From Tilletiaria anomala UBC 951 (lineage: Eukaryota): DNA of 64,000 nt. Position 1 is the first letter of the stretch, and every line of letters begins with the position of its first letter. The notes beneath the pieces are model-generated. The model made no database searches. It saw nothing but the letters and a program-made list of their open reading frames with translations, and had not been told where the DNA came from. The stretch lies in NCBI RefSeq assembly GCF_000711695.1, contig NW_013547017.1:248001-312000 (forward strand). The letters run 5' to 3'. Position numbers and translations under genes: made by a program. Shown here in pieces: positions 12,310-25,263 of the stretch.

Positions 12310-14007
12310 TCAAAGCAGAGAGGCGGCGCCAGCCAACAGAGCGATCGCCGCAACAGCCTTGCCTGCACCTGAGGTGCCAGCAGCGCCGTTCGAGCTACCG
12401 CTGCGAGAAACGTAATCGAGCGGGAATGGATTGCTTCCGTACGGGTTCGGCAGATGCTGGCTGGTCAAGTTCACCTGATAGGCAAATGCGACCTGCTCCG
12501 TCATGCTCTTGTTCAGACCGGCCTTGATGAGGGTGTTGTTGTCCGCGTTGGGCGGGAAGGTGAAGTCGGTGTTCTGCGTATTGGAAAACGCACCCGGATA
12601 GACTCCCGTAGCATTGTTGATCGGAATCGCGTCGCCAGAGACCTCGGTGTTAGTGTGATTAAGCTGATGAGCAAACGTTGAGTAGACGTTTGCGAGGGTT
12701 TTGTTCATGTCGCCACGACCGAGATTCTTGAGGCCCCAGTTGGCCTCAACAGAAGAAATGTCTGAATAGTGCGTGTAATATGTCGAGTCGGTGGTGTTGA
12801 TAGCCGATTGGGGAACGACGCCACCGAGCAGAATCGTTGCGATACGGTTTGGGTCTCCATAACTCTCATTCTCGTCGAATGTCAAGATAATTGCAGTCCT
12901 GGAAAATAATGACAGCACAATGGATCCATTCCTTCGTTTGTCATCGGCAGAATGAGCTTTCGGTGACGTGAAGAACATACCTGTTATTGTTGAAGCGAGT
13001 GTCGTTGAGAAGAGGAAGAAGGAAGTATTCCGTCCAGTTTGAGAAAAATGCGGGCGTCGTGTCATGTCCATCGTTTACCAGATTGGGTGTCTGAGGCAAA
13101 ATTGTCAGTTTCCTGTTAAAGTTTTCCTACTGTCATCGTATCCCCACTCACAATAAACATCCACTGCGGAAGAGCATCTGCTTCGAGATCCGTGCTAAAC
13201 TGGTTGAAGTTGCGGTTGGCCTCGATAGCACGAGTGGCATTCCCTGACACGAAATCAGCCATGGCGCAAGGGTTGCTAATGATTCAAGACGAGAGTCAGA
13301 CTTGTCGCGAAATTGTCAGGCTAGGAGCACATACTTACTGCTTCCTGACGTAGAATGTGTACGTTCCGTTGCCAGTGAGGTAGTTGTGTTCGGTGTAGTT
13401 GAAGCCGGTGTATCCGTTCGACGGCATGTTCTCCTGGTAGCATGCGTAGCTGATAGGCTTACCAGCCGAGCCACCGTCCTCGAAGAGATCAAAAAGCGTA
13501 GTGATGTTCTCGGGTAAGTGATAGAACGCATCATCTGCCATGCCGAAGAAGTCTCCAGCAACAGTAGCAAGGTACTCTGGTTCCGAGGGGTGCGTAAGTG
13601 CGTAGCGCTGTGAGTGGGTTACGCCATGTTGAGCGAGGGAAGAGAACGAGGGCGTGGCCATGGCAATCTCAGCGTCCGTGTTCTCGAGCCAAATGCTGGA
13701 AAAAGCGAAGGAATCTGAGCCCTTGTACAAAAATGAAGCAGAGATAAGCTGTGCTCCAAACTTACTGAATGAGGCGGTCAAAGGCCTTGCCAGGGACGAC
13801 ATCCTTCTTGGAAAGGGTGCCGTTCGCAGCGCCAGCGTAGTTTGGGGATTGGACAAGAGGGGAAGTTGAAGGAGCCACAAAGTTGAGAGCAAGCTGAGCG
13901 CGCTTCGCGAGGTTGCTAATGCGACCGGCGCCGGGGAAGTTGAGGGGGTACGCGTTCACTACGGCTGGGATGGCCGCAACGGCCACAAGGGTGGAAAGAG
14001 ATGGCAT
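12310..14007 (-). CDS. Secreted acid phosphatase (phosphoesterase family), probably GPI-anchored
   Basis: Signal peptide MPSLSTLVAVAAIPAVVNA. Motifs IWLENTD, THPSEPEY, YVRK, LPQWMFITPNLVNDGHDT, LTFDENE and YYTHYS. Small-residue plus hydrophobic C-terminal tail. Four introns. Confidence 0.88.
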
Positions 14008-16136
14008 CTTCGTACGTGCGTGCGCTGTTGTTTCTCACAGAGCGTACGATGAATCGCAAAGAGATGTGGACAATGAGGGAGAGAATCCACTCCTCCTTTT
14101 CTGGTCAAACAGATGTCGTCGTCAAGATTTATACCTTGCTTACCCAGCAAGGCAGCGACCCTCCCACCCACAGCCCCATCTACAGAGAACTACGGAGTGA
14201 GGAATTCATGGACATCCAATTTTACATGTGAGCATGTGCGCGTGCACGTTGTTCGCCCATTAGCTCGTTCCTCATTCGTCTGCCCTTTTCAAATTTCAAA
14301 TTTAATGACATGTTTACTTGCTTGTTAAATGCCAGCGTCTACTGAGTGCCGCCTCTCTCCCGGCGAGCTCTGGAAGCTCGAGGACCATGATATCGAGACA
14401 ATCCCTGCAATGATGTGAATGTATATGTGATGAAAGAAGAACGAGAGGCGAGACAAATGCAACAAAAACTGTTGACCCTGCATTTCCAAAAAACCAAAAG
14501 GGCCCCGCGAAGTGGTCACCATGCCTGCGTCGGACATGGGGACGACGATGTTGCGTTCCTGAAATCTACGTGCATTCCTTCGTTTCAGGTCATTCTGATT
14601 CCAGGGCCATTACCAGTGGGCATCACAGGCCGTGCGCAGCACACTGGCTGCACCAAACTCCAACAGGCCACTTGCAGCGGGCGCCCATGCGTTGCCACTG
14701 ATCTATACTGGTCGCTGACCTCTCCATAGTCCAGACCTGCGCCACTCCTGCTTCGGCGTCCTGCGCGCTTCTGCGCATCTGCAATTTCGTTTCACTGTCC
14801 ATGCAACGTGCAGTGACCTGTAGACTGGAATGGCTTATGGTCTAGCTTCAGCAAAATGCGCCAAAGTATTCAACGTGCAACAAATGAGCGCTCTGATTGG
14901 CTGCTCGCAGGCTCAGTGAAGCGCAATTTTCGGGGTGGCGCAATAGAACGTGTACGTATCTGCAGTAGAGCTTACAACAGTATACATAGTTATATGTAAC
15001 ATGTAAAAGTTGTTCATGACTACGCTTTATAATGACAGGTTGGGAGTCGTTGGGACAGCTTTGGACTACCGCCGCTGCTGCTGCCGCCCTGCGGGATCTT
15101 ACGGCAGTCTTGCGGCTCGCTCCCTGCCTCCGCCGGCAAGCGCTTTACAAGGTCCAAATTTCAAGCGCTCCCAAAGCCCTATCCTAACTTCCTACGTTTG
15201 GTCTATATGATATTCAGCGTTTGTGTGGACGATGTTGACGTGTGGATGGAAGTGGATTTGGGGAGATTTTTGGATGAAAAGCCTAGGCGTTCAGGGTGGG
15301 CACAGACTCACATACTCACAGCCTCACTGGCAGTCATCGGGCTTGCGGGTAGGCGAGAGGGACGGCAACTGGCCGACGTGCGCAGCGCGGGCCACGCGCA
15401 TGTCACCAAATCACTGTCGCTAACTCTTAAAATCCCCGCGGTAGGATGAACGCTTAATACCTACTCGCTTAATTCGTGTTTCGTGAAACAACGCCGTGAC
15501 AATGCTTGTGGCCTTGCCCCAATTTTCTGCTCGTGCTCGGGGATTATCCACCTTTTCATGTCTCCTTTCATCCAAAATTCAGCCACTGTTTCCTTGACTA
15601 CTGGAGCTCGGAAATCGGAAAAGATCCTGAAGTAAGGGGAAAATCAGCCAGGCACCGGGTGCAGGCAGCAACGTTTCTGTCTACTCAGCAAGCGTGTCAG
15701 TGTAGACATTGCCTATTGACTCAGGACTCTCAGGTACCGATGAGACAATAGATTTTTTTCAGATGCTTTTCAACGACGCTGGATATCGGGTTTCATTTGA
15801 CGGTATGCGATGGTCTGAGAGCCGCACCGTTGTTACATGGACGCTCTCAGAGTTTCAGCAGTGGCAACTCTTCTAGAGGACTTCATCGAAGGATGAGCTG
15901 ATTGGCATCAAGAAAATCGGCCGTAGACATGATAGAGAAGGCCGGCACGCATTCGTGAGTGGTGCGGTCCAAGTGACAGGTAACGAACTTTAAAAGACCA
16001 GCACCAGCTTTGACGCGTTGATATCGTCTTTCATACGCACCGTCCACCATTTGCAGAAAGCAGAGCTTTCACAGCCTCACTTTTCATTCAGGAATGCATC
16101 GCTCTAGCATTGCGTGGGCTCGTCGCACACAGTAAG

Positions 16137-18259
16137 ATGACGGCCAAAGCAGCAAAAGCACAGCAGAGCACGATGTCGCTCGCTGCAGATTCTGTCCCTA
16201 TTTCGAAAGAACCCTCTTCAGCGTCCGCTAGCACATCTCATTCTGAGCTGGACCAAAGCAGCAAGCTTCCTGGCTCCAAAACAGGTCGCTTGAAACTGCG
16301 CTGGCTTTTAGCAGGCGGATCAGCGTTCGTTATCGTCCTAGCGCTGGCACTCGGCCTAGGCATCGGCCTAGGCCTTCGCAATTATCGCTCCAACGGCAAT
16401 GCTTCCCTATTGTCTGGCAACAGCGTGACAGCCAACTACAACGGCAAGCCACTGCCATTTATTCCACGTCGCCAACTCGTCGACCCATCGCAATTTGTGC
16501 TTGATGCGTCTTTCGACCGGCATGCACCGCCTACGGTACGCACGTACAACTGGACGATCTCTCGCGTGCTTTCCGACCCTGCGGGCGTGCAGAAACCCAT
16601 GCTCACGGTGAATCAAATGTCGCCCGGCCCGACCATCGAAGCCAACCTGGGAGACACGATCCTTGTCTACGTGAAGAACGAGCTCGGAAATGCGACGACG
16701 TCCATCCACTGGCACGGGGCACTGCAAAACGGAACGAACTTCATGGACGGCACGATTGGCGTCTCTGAATGCGGCATCGCGCCCGGTGAGACAAAGCTAT
16801 ACAACTGGACGGCGCAGAACCAGATGACTAGTTGGTGGCACGCCCATGCCGCGGGACAGTACACGGATGGTATTTTTGGCGCGTTGGTTCTGCATTCGCC
16901 CAACGAGACATACTCATTCAAGCATGCTGGCAGCGTCTCTAGCAGCGGCTCGGGCGTAACAGGCGCCTCATTAGCAACAAAAAACAGCACGTACGATGGC
17001 GATATCATCGTCATTGTTAATGACATTTACCACAGCATTTCCGCCCAATGGATCGCCACTTACTTCCAGCCCGGAAATGCAGATGGGACCTTCGAGGGTG
17101 CCGAACCTGTTCCAGACAGCGGACTTGTTGCAGGCTATGGCAGAGGGACCTGCTTGGGTTTACCGCCTGGCACGCCGTGTGATGGCGGACAATATGCCAA
17201 CTTCACATTTGAGCCCAACAAGCGCTACCGTCTGCGTGTCATCAACACTGGTTCGATCGCCACGATCAATTTTTCCATCGATGGCCACGTCATGACGCTC
17301 ATCGAGGCCGATGGCACCGAGGTACAGCCGCAGAAAATTACTGACGTGGACGTTATGGTCGCTCAGCGGTACTCGGTGCTGATCGACACTAATCAGCCAG
17401 CTGGAGTGTTCTACATGCGCGGGAAACTTACGGACGACATGCTTTCATACAAAAATCCTGCACTCAACCAAGACCAGAGAGCTGTCATGCGCTACAGCAA
17501 TGCTGCCGCTGATGCCACACCGAGCGAGACGCTGCCAATGATCCCAGGTAACTACTCTAGCTTGGACGCGTCGACTCTCAGGCCGCTTCGAGCGATAAAT
17601 CCGCCCAACCCGACACAGCTTACTTCGTTGACGGTCTCTTTCGGCATCTCGCAGCAGAGCGATTACCGGGCTTTCATCAATGGCACATCTTGGGAGCCAG
17701 AGATGGGCGGCAACTCTACACTCCTAGAGGCTTACAACGCGGCTGAGGTAAATGCGGCGTTCGTACCGCCCATCTCGCAGATCGTTGCAATGAGTGACAG
17801 CATCGAGGTGCTTGATATCATTCTTTCGAGCAACGACGAGGGCGAGCACCCTATTCACCTGCATGGCCACATTCCGTGGATCATTGGCACTGGCAGTGGC
17901 ACATGGACACCTAGCAAGCTGGACCGGAAGCAGACGTTCAACAACCCCATGCGCAGGGATGTATTCACAGTTCCTGCGTACGGCTGGGTCGCTGTGCGTA
18001 TCGTCACCGACAACCCGGGCCTCTGGCTATTCCACTGCCATATTGTTGCGTGAGTGCTTTGGCAAGTACTCGCACAGCAAAATGTAGCGCTTCATGCCGG
18101 TAATGCTGACGTCCTCTTCCTGATCTGCACGGTCGCAGTCACATGGAAGCCGGCTTCGCTGCCCAGTTCCAAATCCTACCTTCAAAGATCAAGCAATTCC
18201 CAGCCATGCAAGTCGCAGATGGCTGCGCCGCTGTGTCTGCTTTCTCGCAGAAGCGCTAG
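16137..18259 (+). CDS. Multicopper oxidase (laccase/ferroxidase-like) with N-terminal membrane anchor
   Basis: All four Cu-binding motifs are present: HWHG, WWHAH, HPIHLHGH and HCHIVAHMEAGF (the last completed across an intron at about 18050-18138). Hydrophobic segment WLLAGGSAFVIVLALALGLGIGLGL. Confidence 0.92.
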
Positions 18260-18904
18260 TTGAGCCCCTCCTTCCTATTAGAGAACTCGCCACTCACACC
18301 GCCATGGGCTCCACGTACCTCGAGCGTACTGGCACTCCTGTTTTCCTGCCATTCGCGTTGACTGGGCTATGTATTTTAGGTATATTGAGATGATCGGAGC
18401 AATAATCATGACATATTGTGAACGGATAGTTTCGCCTCTGGCGAACGCTGTGAGATGGTCCGAGCTACAAAGACATTGCGGCCTTTCCACTCGAAGCGTG
18501 TCAGGCCGCACTACTTATCTCTTCTCGCCTTGGGCAGGGTGGAGGGCCATCCTGAGTGCGGCAGCGGTAGGCGAAAAACAGGATATATCTTTATGCCGAG
18601 TCGCTGCATGTGGTTCGTGACTCTTTGTGGCTGCCACCAAGAGAGAGAAAAGTCGCCGACGGTGGTTGGCGTTGTCGGCAACCAAAATCCGGCGGAACCA
18701 AGAAATTTTCGAGGAGGCTCACTCAGTCACAAAGTTCAAGAAATCTGAATGTTTGCTCATTGGCAAATGATTGTCACTAAGAAATACGCGTTCTCTCTCG
18801 ATACCGTCCCCAGGTCAACAGAGTCTTGAGCTACATCGGCGCTGCGCTGCTTCTGGGACGGGTAAGGACCCTCCTTGATTCCCATTTCTCGTCAAAAGAC
18901 CGGG

Positions 18905-21067
18905 ATGCCACCGTCCCCTGAAGCGGGTCCATCGCGGCTGCCAATGGCAGCGTCAGCCCGCAGCGAGGGAGGCAAGAGGAAAAGAGGGGGCAAGGGAAAT
19001 AAGGATAAGAAGGACAAGCCAACCAGCACACACGATGAGAGTGCGCTGAAGCTCCAATCGAGCAGCATCGCATCAGCCACGCGCATGCCTACATCGCTGC
19101 AGCAAGCCACTCCGTCATCGATGCAGAATGCTCGCCCACCTAAGTCGTTTGGCAAGATCCACGACAAAAAGCTCCGCGCTCATCTCTCCAACGAGTATCT
19201 CTCTGCCAAAAGAGCAGCGGAGCATGCCAAGCTCGCTGACCAGTACATCAATATCAGCGCTCCCGGCGAAGGGGCAGGCCTGATCGAATTAGAAGATGAC
19301 CTAGAACGCACTGCAAAAGTCACACAGTCTGTCATTCGTGACAGCGTCGGGGTTGATACAGCGCGCAAGAGCTTTTCATTGCAGCTGGATGGCGGAAGAG
19401 ATGGCGTGGGTCTCGGGCCGTATCGCTGCGACTACACTCGAAACGGTCGGCATTTGGCGCTGGGAGGCAGGAAAGGGCACATTGCCGCGTTTGATTGGCA
19501 TGCTGGCAAGCTCAGCTTCGAGATCAATGTCAAAGAAACAGTGCGGGATATTAAGTGGCTGCATAATCAGGACTACATTGCGGTTGCACAAAAAAAGTAC
19601 GCCTTCATCTACGACGCACACAGTGGCGCTGAGATTCACAAGCTCAAGCAGCACGTAGAGGTGCATCGCATGCAGTTCCTTCCGTACCATTTCCTGCTTG
19701 CTACTATTGTGGGTGGATTCTTCATAGGCTGGCACTAGCGACTCGCTGATTAGCTCTTTCTATGGTTTGGCAATGCAATGTAGGGCAGTGCTGGCTACCT
19801 CAAATACCAAGACGTTTCAACTGGACAACTCGTATCGCAGCATCGAACCGGGCTAGGGCTCTGCAACGTCCTCGCGCAAAACCCACTCACTGCCGTTTTG
19901 CATTGTGGGCACGCCAACGGGACCGTGACCCTGTGGACGCCGAACCTCTCTACGCCCGCACTAAAACTGCTGGCACATTGCGGCCCTGTCTCTGGCATCT
20001 CGATCAACACGCAAAATGGCGGGAGACAGATGGTGACAAGCGGCATGGATGGCTGCGTCAAGGTGTGGGACAGCCGGATGCTCGGACGTGGTGCAGTCAA
20101 GGAGTGGGTCAATCCCAGGCCGGCATCTGACGTGCAATTCTCGCAGAGAGGGCTGCTCGGCATGGCTTGGTCTACTCATGTGTCCATCTACGATCCGGCC
20201 AAGGTGCTCGACTCGACGGCCAAGTCCGGCGTCCCTGGTCCGTACCTCACGCAGAACTTCCCCAAATCCGAACCACTCAGTCTAGCGTTCTGTCCGTTTG
20301 AGGACGTTCTGGGTGTAGCGCACGGCAAAGGCTTTGACAGCTTGATCGTACCTGGTGCCGGAGAGCCCAACTTTGACAGCAGCGAGGCCAATCCATTCGA
20401 GAACAGGCGGACAAAGCGCGAGCGTGAGGTTCACAGCTTGCTCGACAAGATCCAGCCAGATATGATCACACTCGACACCGAGATGCTCGGCCAGCTTGAG
20501 AGCAAGACATTGCAGCTGCAGGCTGAACCGGCAGCGCCGACACGTCTCACGGTGGCAGCCCAAAGCTCGTTGGCCATCGTGAAATCGGCCGATGGGCGTC
20601 CGTACGCCCGCCTATCGCGCATCGAGCGGCTTCAGCTCGACGGGAAAGCCGAGGAAGCCGAGGAAGCACTGGATGCGGCCGAAGATGATGGGGATGATGA
20701 AGACCCTCGCTCTCGGAGCAGGCTAGCAGCAAATATCCCTGCGCAGGCCGGGCCTGTCCAAGAGAAGAAGCGCGCACGAGGCCGGAACAAGGCACTGAAG
20801 CGCTACCTGCGCAAGAAGCGCAAGAACGTCATCGACCCGCAAACTGTGAGCAGGGCTCGAACAAACTAATGCCTTAGGAGATCCTGACTCACGTACTCTC
20901 CCTTGAATCATGCGTAGGTGGCGGTCCGCGAGAAGCTCGAGCGCAATCGAGCCCAACGGGAGCAAGAGGCGAGGCAGAAACGTGGCGAAGCAGAAAGCGC
21001 ACAACCCCAAAGCGCCTTGGATGTGTTCTCACGACCGCGTAAGAGAGCGCGAGGAGCACCCTTGTGA
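18905..21067 (+). CDS. UTP7: U3 snoRNP/SSU processome WD40 protein Utp7 (WDR46/BING4)
   Basis: Motifs YTRNGRHLALGGRKGH, AVAQKKY, FLPYHFLL, and the BING4-CT segment FCPFEDVLG...VPGAGEPNFDS.EANPFE...REREVHSLLDKIQPDMI. Introns about 19709-19783 and 20846-20917. Confidence 0.92.
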
Positions 21068-21309
21068 CTTTATCGTCGGCGTCGTTGAATACATCGCTTT
21101 CCCGACAATTTCCACTCATGCGGGTGTCTTGGAGCAGAATTCTGTGTGATTCATGACACGATCAAGACCAGCTATAGATAGGATGATGGTGACATATATC
21201 ATTATAAGCGCAGCAGTTTTCTTCGCACCCAGATGCAAACGGTGCATTAAATAGGATGCGTAGCATGAGAGTGCCTTTCCAGGACGCTCGTTGCGCGAGC
21301 GGGCCCCTA

Positions 21310-24300
21310 TCACGAAGGAAAGGGGATGCCGGATGGTGGGATTGGTATCCATCCTCGACCTTCCTGGTCTCGGGTGTTCTGCCAGATGATGTTCCCGATC
21401 CAGTTAAGCGTCACGTTGGGAATCTGAACAGACACGAACAGCAACAGCCCGCATGTGGCCGCCGCGGCGTCACAAGCAGCGCCTGCGAGGTAGTTGTACC
21501 GATCCCAGATTGGGAAATATCGCCTTCGGATGATGTACTCTGCAGGAAGTCCGAAGTCAGCAAACAGTTATAGCAGACGTGGGTCGGAGAACACTCACGA
21601 GCAATGAAATTGATGGCAACAAAAGCAGTCGTGTTTACAGGGTCGCCTGCCATTGCGAAGGGAACTCCGAATAGCATGAGAGGAACGTTGACGAACTTCC
21701 ATATGCGGCGTGGGTAGCGCCTATTCAGGTACCAGAACGGAATCGGGAGGAGCGCACCGGCGGCGAGCGCATAGGATAGACTGATGCGGTTGGCAGTACT
21801 GCTGAACAGCCGCCGCGGTCCTATCACTCCCCAGACGATGCTCGAAGAGTAGTAGAACCTTTGTCCTGGGCAAGTAAGCAAAGATGCCTGATTGTGGGAG
21901 CATAGGTCCGGGATCCGCGCAGTCATGAGCTCCTTTACGGCCAATAGAACCACATCTGCCCATAGCATCGCGCTTAGCTGGCATGCAAGGGAGAAGCGCG
22001 GCCCGATCTTCATGTAGTGCCCCATCTTGAGAGCTTGGGAGAAGGTTTGACCTGAGAGTGTGGACCCCACGACAAACGCTTTGAAGATCATATTGGGGAT
22101 TGCGCGACCGGGCAACGCATACCCGATGATAAACTCTCCAATCACGTTGACAACAGTTGTGACGAGAGCAGTCTGAGCGAGGAGGATAGTAACGGGAAGG
22201 AAGTAGACGCCGACAAGTGCGTAGCCGATGATGATGCCCCAGACCGGCAATCCGAGGTCATAGATTTTAACCGCAGCGACGACGAAGCCGAAGGATATGA
22301 CGATCATGACGCCATAGAGGTAGTCCGGAACATCCTTGTATCGACGCATTTGCCGCGCATGGACATCATCGATCTCAGCTGTGCCGGTTCTCAAATTCAT
22401 CCAAATAAAGTTCTGGAAGTTTAAGTAGGTGTGTACCAGGAGAGCGCCGGCAAGCGCGAGAGATGACCAGAAATCCAGGTAGGACGCAACCGTCAGATAG
22501 AGTGGAGAGTAATTCTCGTAGGCTTCTGGATCAAAATCTTGTCCTTTGAGGACCCGAGGAGCGTTGTACCTGTGGCCGAATTTGTCGGAGCTGCTAGGCC
22601 CGTTGAAAGGCAGATAACCGAAATTGAGAGCCTGCACCGCGAGGATACCATTAGCTTCTCAGCAAGAGTACTCCACAACACGCTGCTTACTCACATTTTT
22701 GAAGTAAAGGATCGTACCGATAAACACCCACATAATCAAATACCCTACGCCAAGGTTGGCACCTGCCCACCAAGGAGCTAGCGTCGGTGAAGCGAAATAA
22801 TTGAGCTGTGTGTAATCGAGAGTCACGGGGAATAGAGCCATTCCGTTTGTGAACCCGAAGATATGATTGACGGCGACGTTGTCTGAAGTGACGAGGTTGA
22901 AGGGAGAACATGAGTACGACGCCTTCTTCGCGCTCCAAGACAACCAACACAACTCACTCGGAGCGATCCAACAGATCCAGTTGAATGTGCTAAGTGCGGT
23001 GAACAAGAAAGACGGCACAATCTGCCAGACAAAGATTACGCCGAAAACGATCCAGAAGAACTTGAGGCGATTCATCCGGCCCCGCTCCGGTTCCGGCTCG
23101 GCATGGAGGACATTGATCATGAGCGAGATCTGCAGATTCTGCGGCCAGATCATCGACGCGGGCTTGACGAGGAAGCGTCGTCCAAGACCGGCGAGACCGG
23201 CGCCGAAGAGAATCGAGCTAAACGTGAAGAGGATAGCGAAGGAATATGGTGTACGCAGGTTCCAGAACACCGGCAGGTCGAGTGCGGATAGCGAGAACAT
23301 GGGGTAAGTGGCCTGTGTGTTGAGGCTGACCATCACCATCTGAGCGATCAACGAATGCTCCTTCATGCTCCAGTACCCCGGGTTGAGCTGGACGGCATGC
23401 CCACCGAAGAGCTTGGGGAAGTGGAACGTCCATTTGGGTGTCCAATGCGCAAGTGTTCTGCCAACAGGCCAGGCGGCCAGGACAGCCACTGCAGTGGTGA
23501 TGGTGGGGGATGGATAGCGGAAGGTCCAGTAAGCGTTGGCGCCGACAGACACAGTGATGAGGAAGAGGGCTATGATGAGAACCCGCAATGTCAAGGCGTG
23601 CTCATCGTAGTCGTCGAGATGCGAAACCGAACATCGAACCTCGATGTAATCTGAGTCCTCTTGTTCGTCGCCCTCCACAGGTCCTTGACTATCCATATCG
23701 ACCGCATGTCTGCGTGTACTGTTTGGCTCTGGTATCGGCTGCGGATCTTGGATCACATCGGCGAGGGCCGGCCGCTTCCTCCTTCGCGCACCACCACGCA
23801 AGCCTGGCAGAGGTTCCAAAGGGTTGCCGATGTTCTCTCGCTGCTTGCCAAGTGTCATGCTGGTGGGACCAGATGAGTTGACAGCATTGGTATGGGCCAC
23901 TTGTACCGCCATCTCGTACTGCGCAGCTTCGAACGCAACTTGGAAGGCATGATCGGCATGCGCTTGCCGTCCGAGCAAGGTCAGCCCGCGTTCATAGGCA
24001 GCGAAATTCGAGTTGCGGCGCTGGGCTTGTGCGGCGGCAAGAAGCTCTGCTGGGTGCAATTGGCTTGCCTGTATCTTGAAATAATCAGCCATGGAGCCAT
24101 TGTCCTTGCCTGAGCCAGTCGCTCCAAGGTTGATCGCATCTTTCACCAGAACAGTTCCCAAAGGCTTCTTTCGCTCTGACGCGGTGGAAGACCTGACTTC
24201 ATACGACTCGTCAAGCTCGACGGACGGACCCAGGCCCGCTAAGGTGGGAGTGTTACGGATCAGCACCGAGCGGCCGCCAAAGCAGATGGACGGTAGCATT

Positions 24301-25263
24301 TACTCACGAGGCATGAAAGCGAACACATTCTCGTCTTCATCACTTGCGTATAGCTCCGCTTCCTCCTGATAAAACATCCTGTCCTCCTCCGAGCTTCTTC
24401 CCTGGGCATTCAATTGGATAGAGTCCGGAGAAATCGGCGTTCCGACCGGTCTCGACGCCGGGCGTCGCTGCCGCCGTGACGGAGGTTTTTGCGCTTGCCC
24501 ATTGAGTGGAGGTTCGGAAGTTTGGCTTGTCACTTCAATCGACTTTGTAGCAGACAGCACGGCAGCCTCCGGCCGGGGGGCACGTGCGGAAACACCAGGG
24601 CCAGGCGTAGCGTCTGAGCTGCTTACCGCCTCTTGAAGGGTTGAAGGAAGTATCCGGATCGCATCCGACGCTGAAATCCGGATCGTTGCTTCTTCCAATG
24701 GCGCTGCGGCAGATATGCGTAGATGGGCGTCAGGAGCATCATAAATGCCACAGATGAGACACATCGTACTCACGCGGAGCAAAAGCAAAGACGTTGCTGT
24801 AGTTGTCCTCTTCGGCACGTTCGTTGATGGGCACAGTGTGAGATGAGACGAAGCCGAAGGAGGTGGGACGCTCACTGCCAACCTCTTGTGACGTGCCCGG
24901 TCTCGCGTCAAAGCCGCTGGATGTCGTAGGCCGTGCTTCGCCAAAGCCTCGATAGGTGCCTGGACGATCTCCAACACCTCGCGATGTGCCCGGACGTTCC
25001 CCGGTCAGGCCGCGGGAAGTGGGAGGCCGTTCCACGTCGCCACCAGCAAGAAGTGGGGACGCCGTTGCGAGCCTTCCGACGAGGTTGGGATCGTCCTCGA
25101 CGCCGAAGCCGAAACTAAGGCCAAATGGTGGCGAAGCATGGTGCAGTGATGTACTTCTGGCAGTCCCAGGTCTCACGTTCGTCGCCGGGGGGAGCTGCAT
25201 TGCAGCATTCTGGCTGGAGGGAACGACGTCTTCGGTTTGCTCGGTCGGCTGCCGGATCTCCAT
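21310..25263 (-). CDS. OPT-family oligopeptide transporter with long repetitive N-terminal extension
   Basis: Motifs DYIEVRCSVSHLDD (SPYxEVR-like), LNPGYWSMKEH, LVKPASMIWPQNL, YENYSPLYL, DVHARQMRRYKDVP, LKMGHYMKIGPR and SIVWGVIGPRRLF. Multiple introns. The start codon is tentative. Confidence 0.9.
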
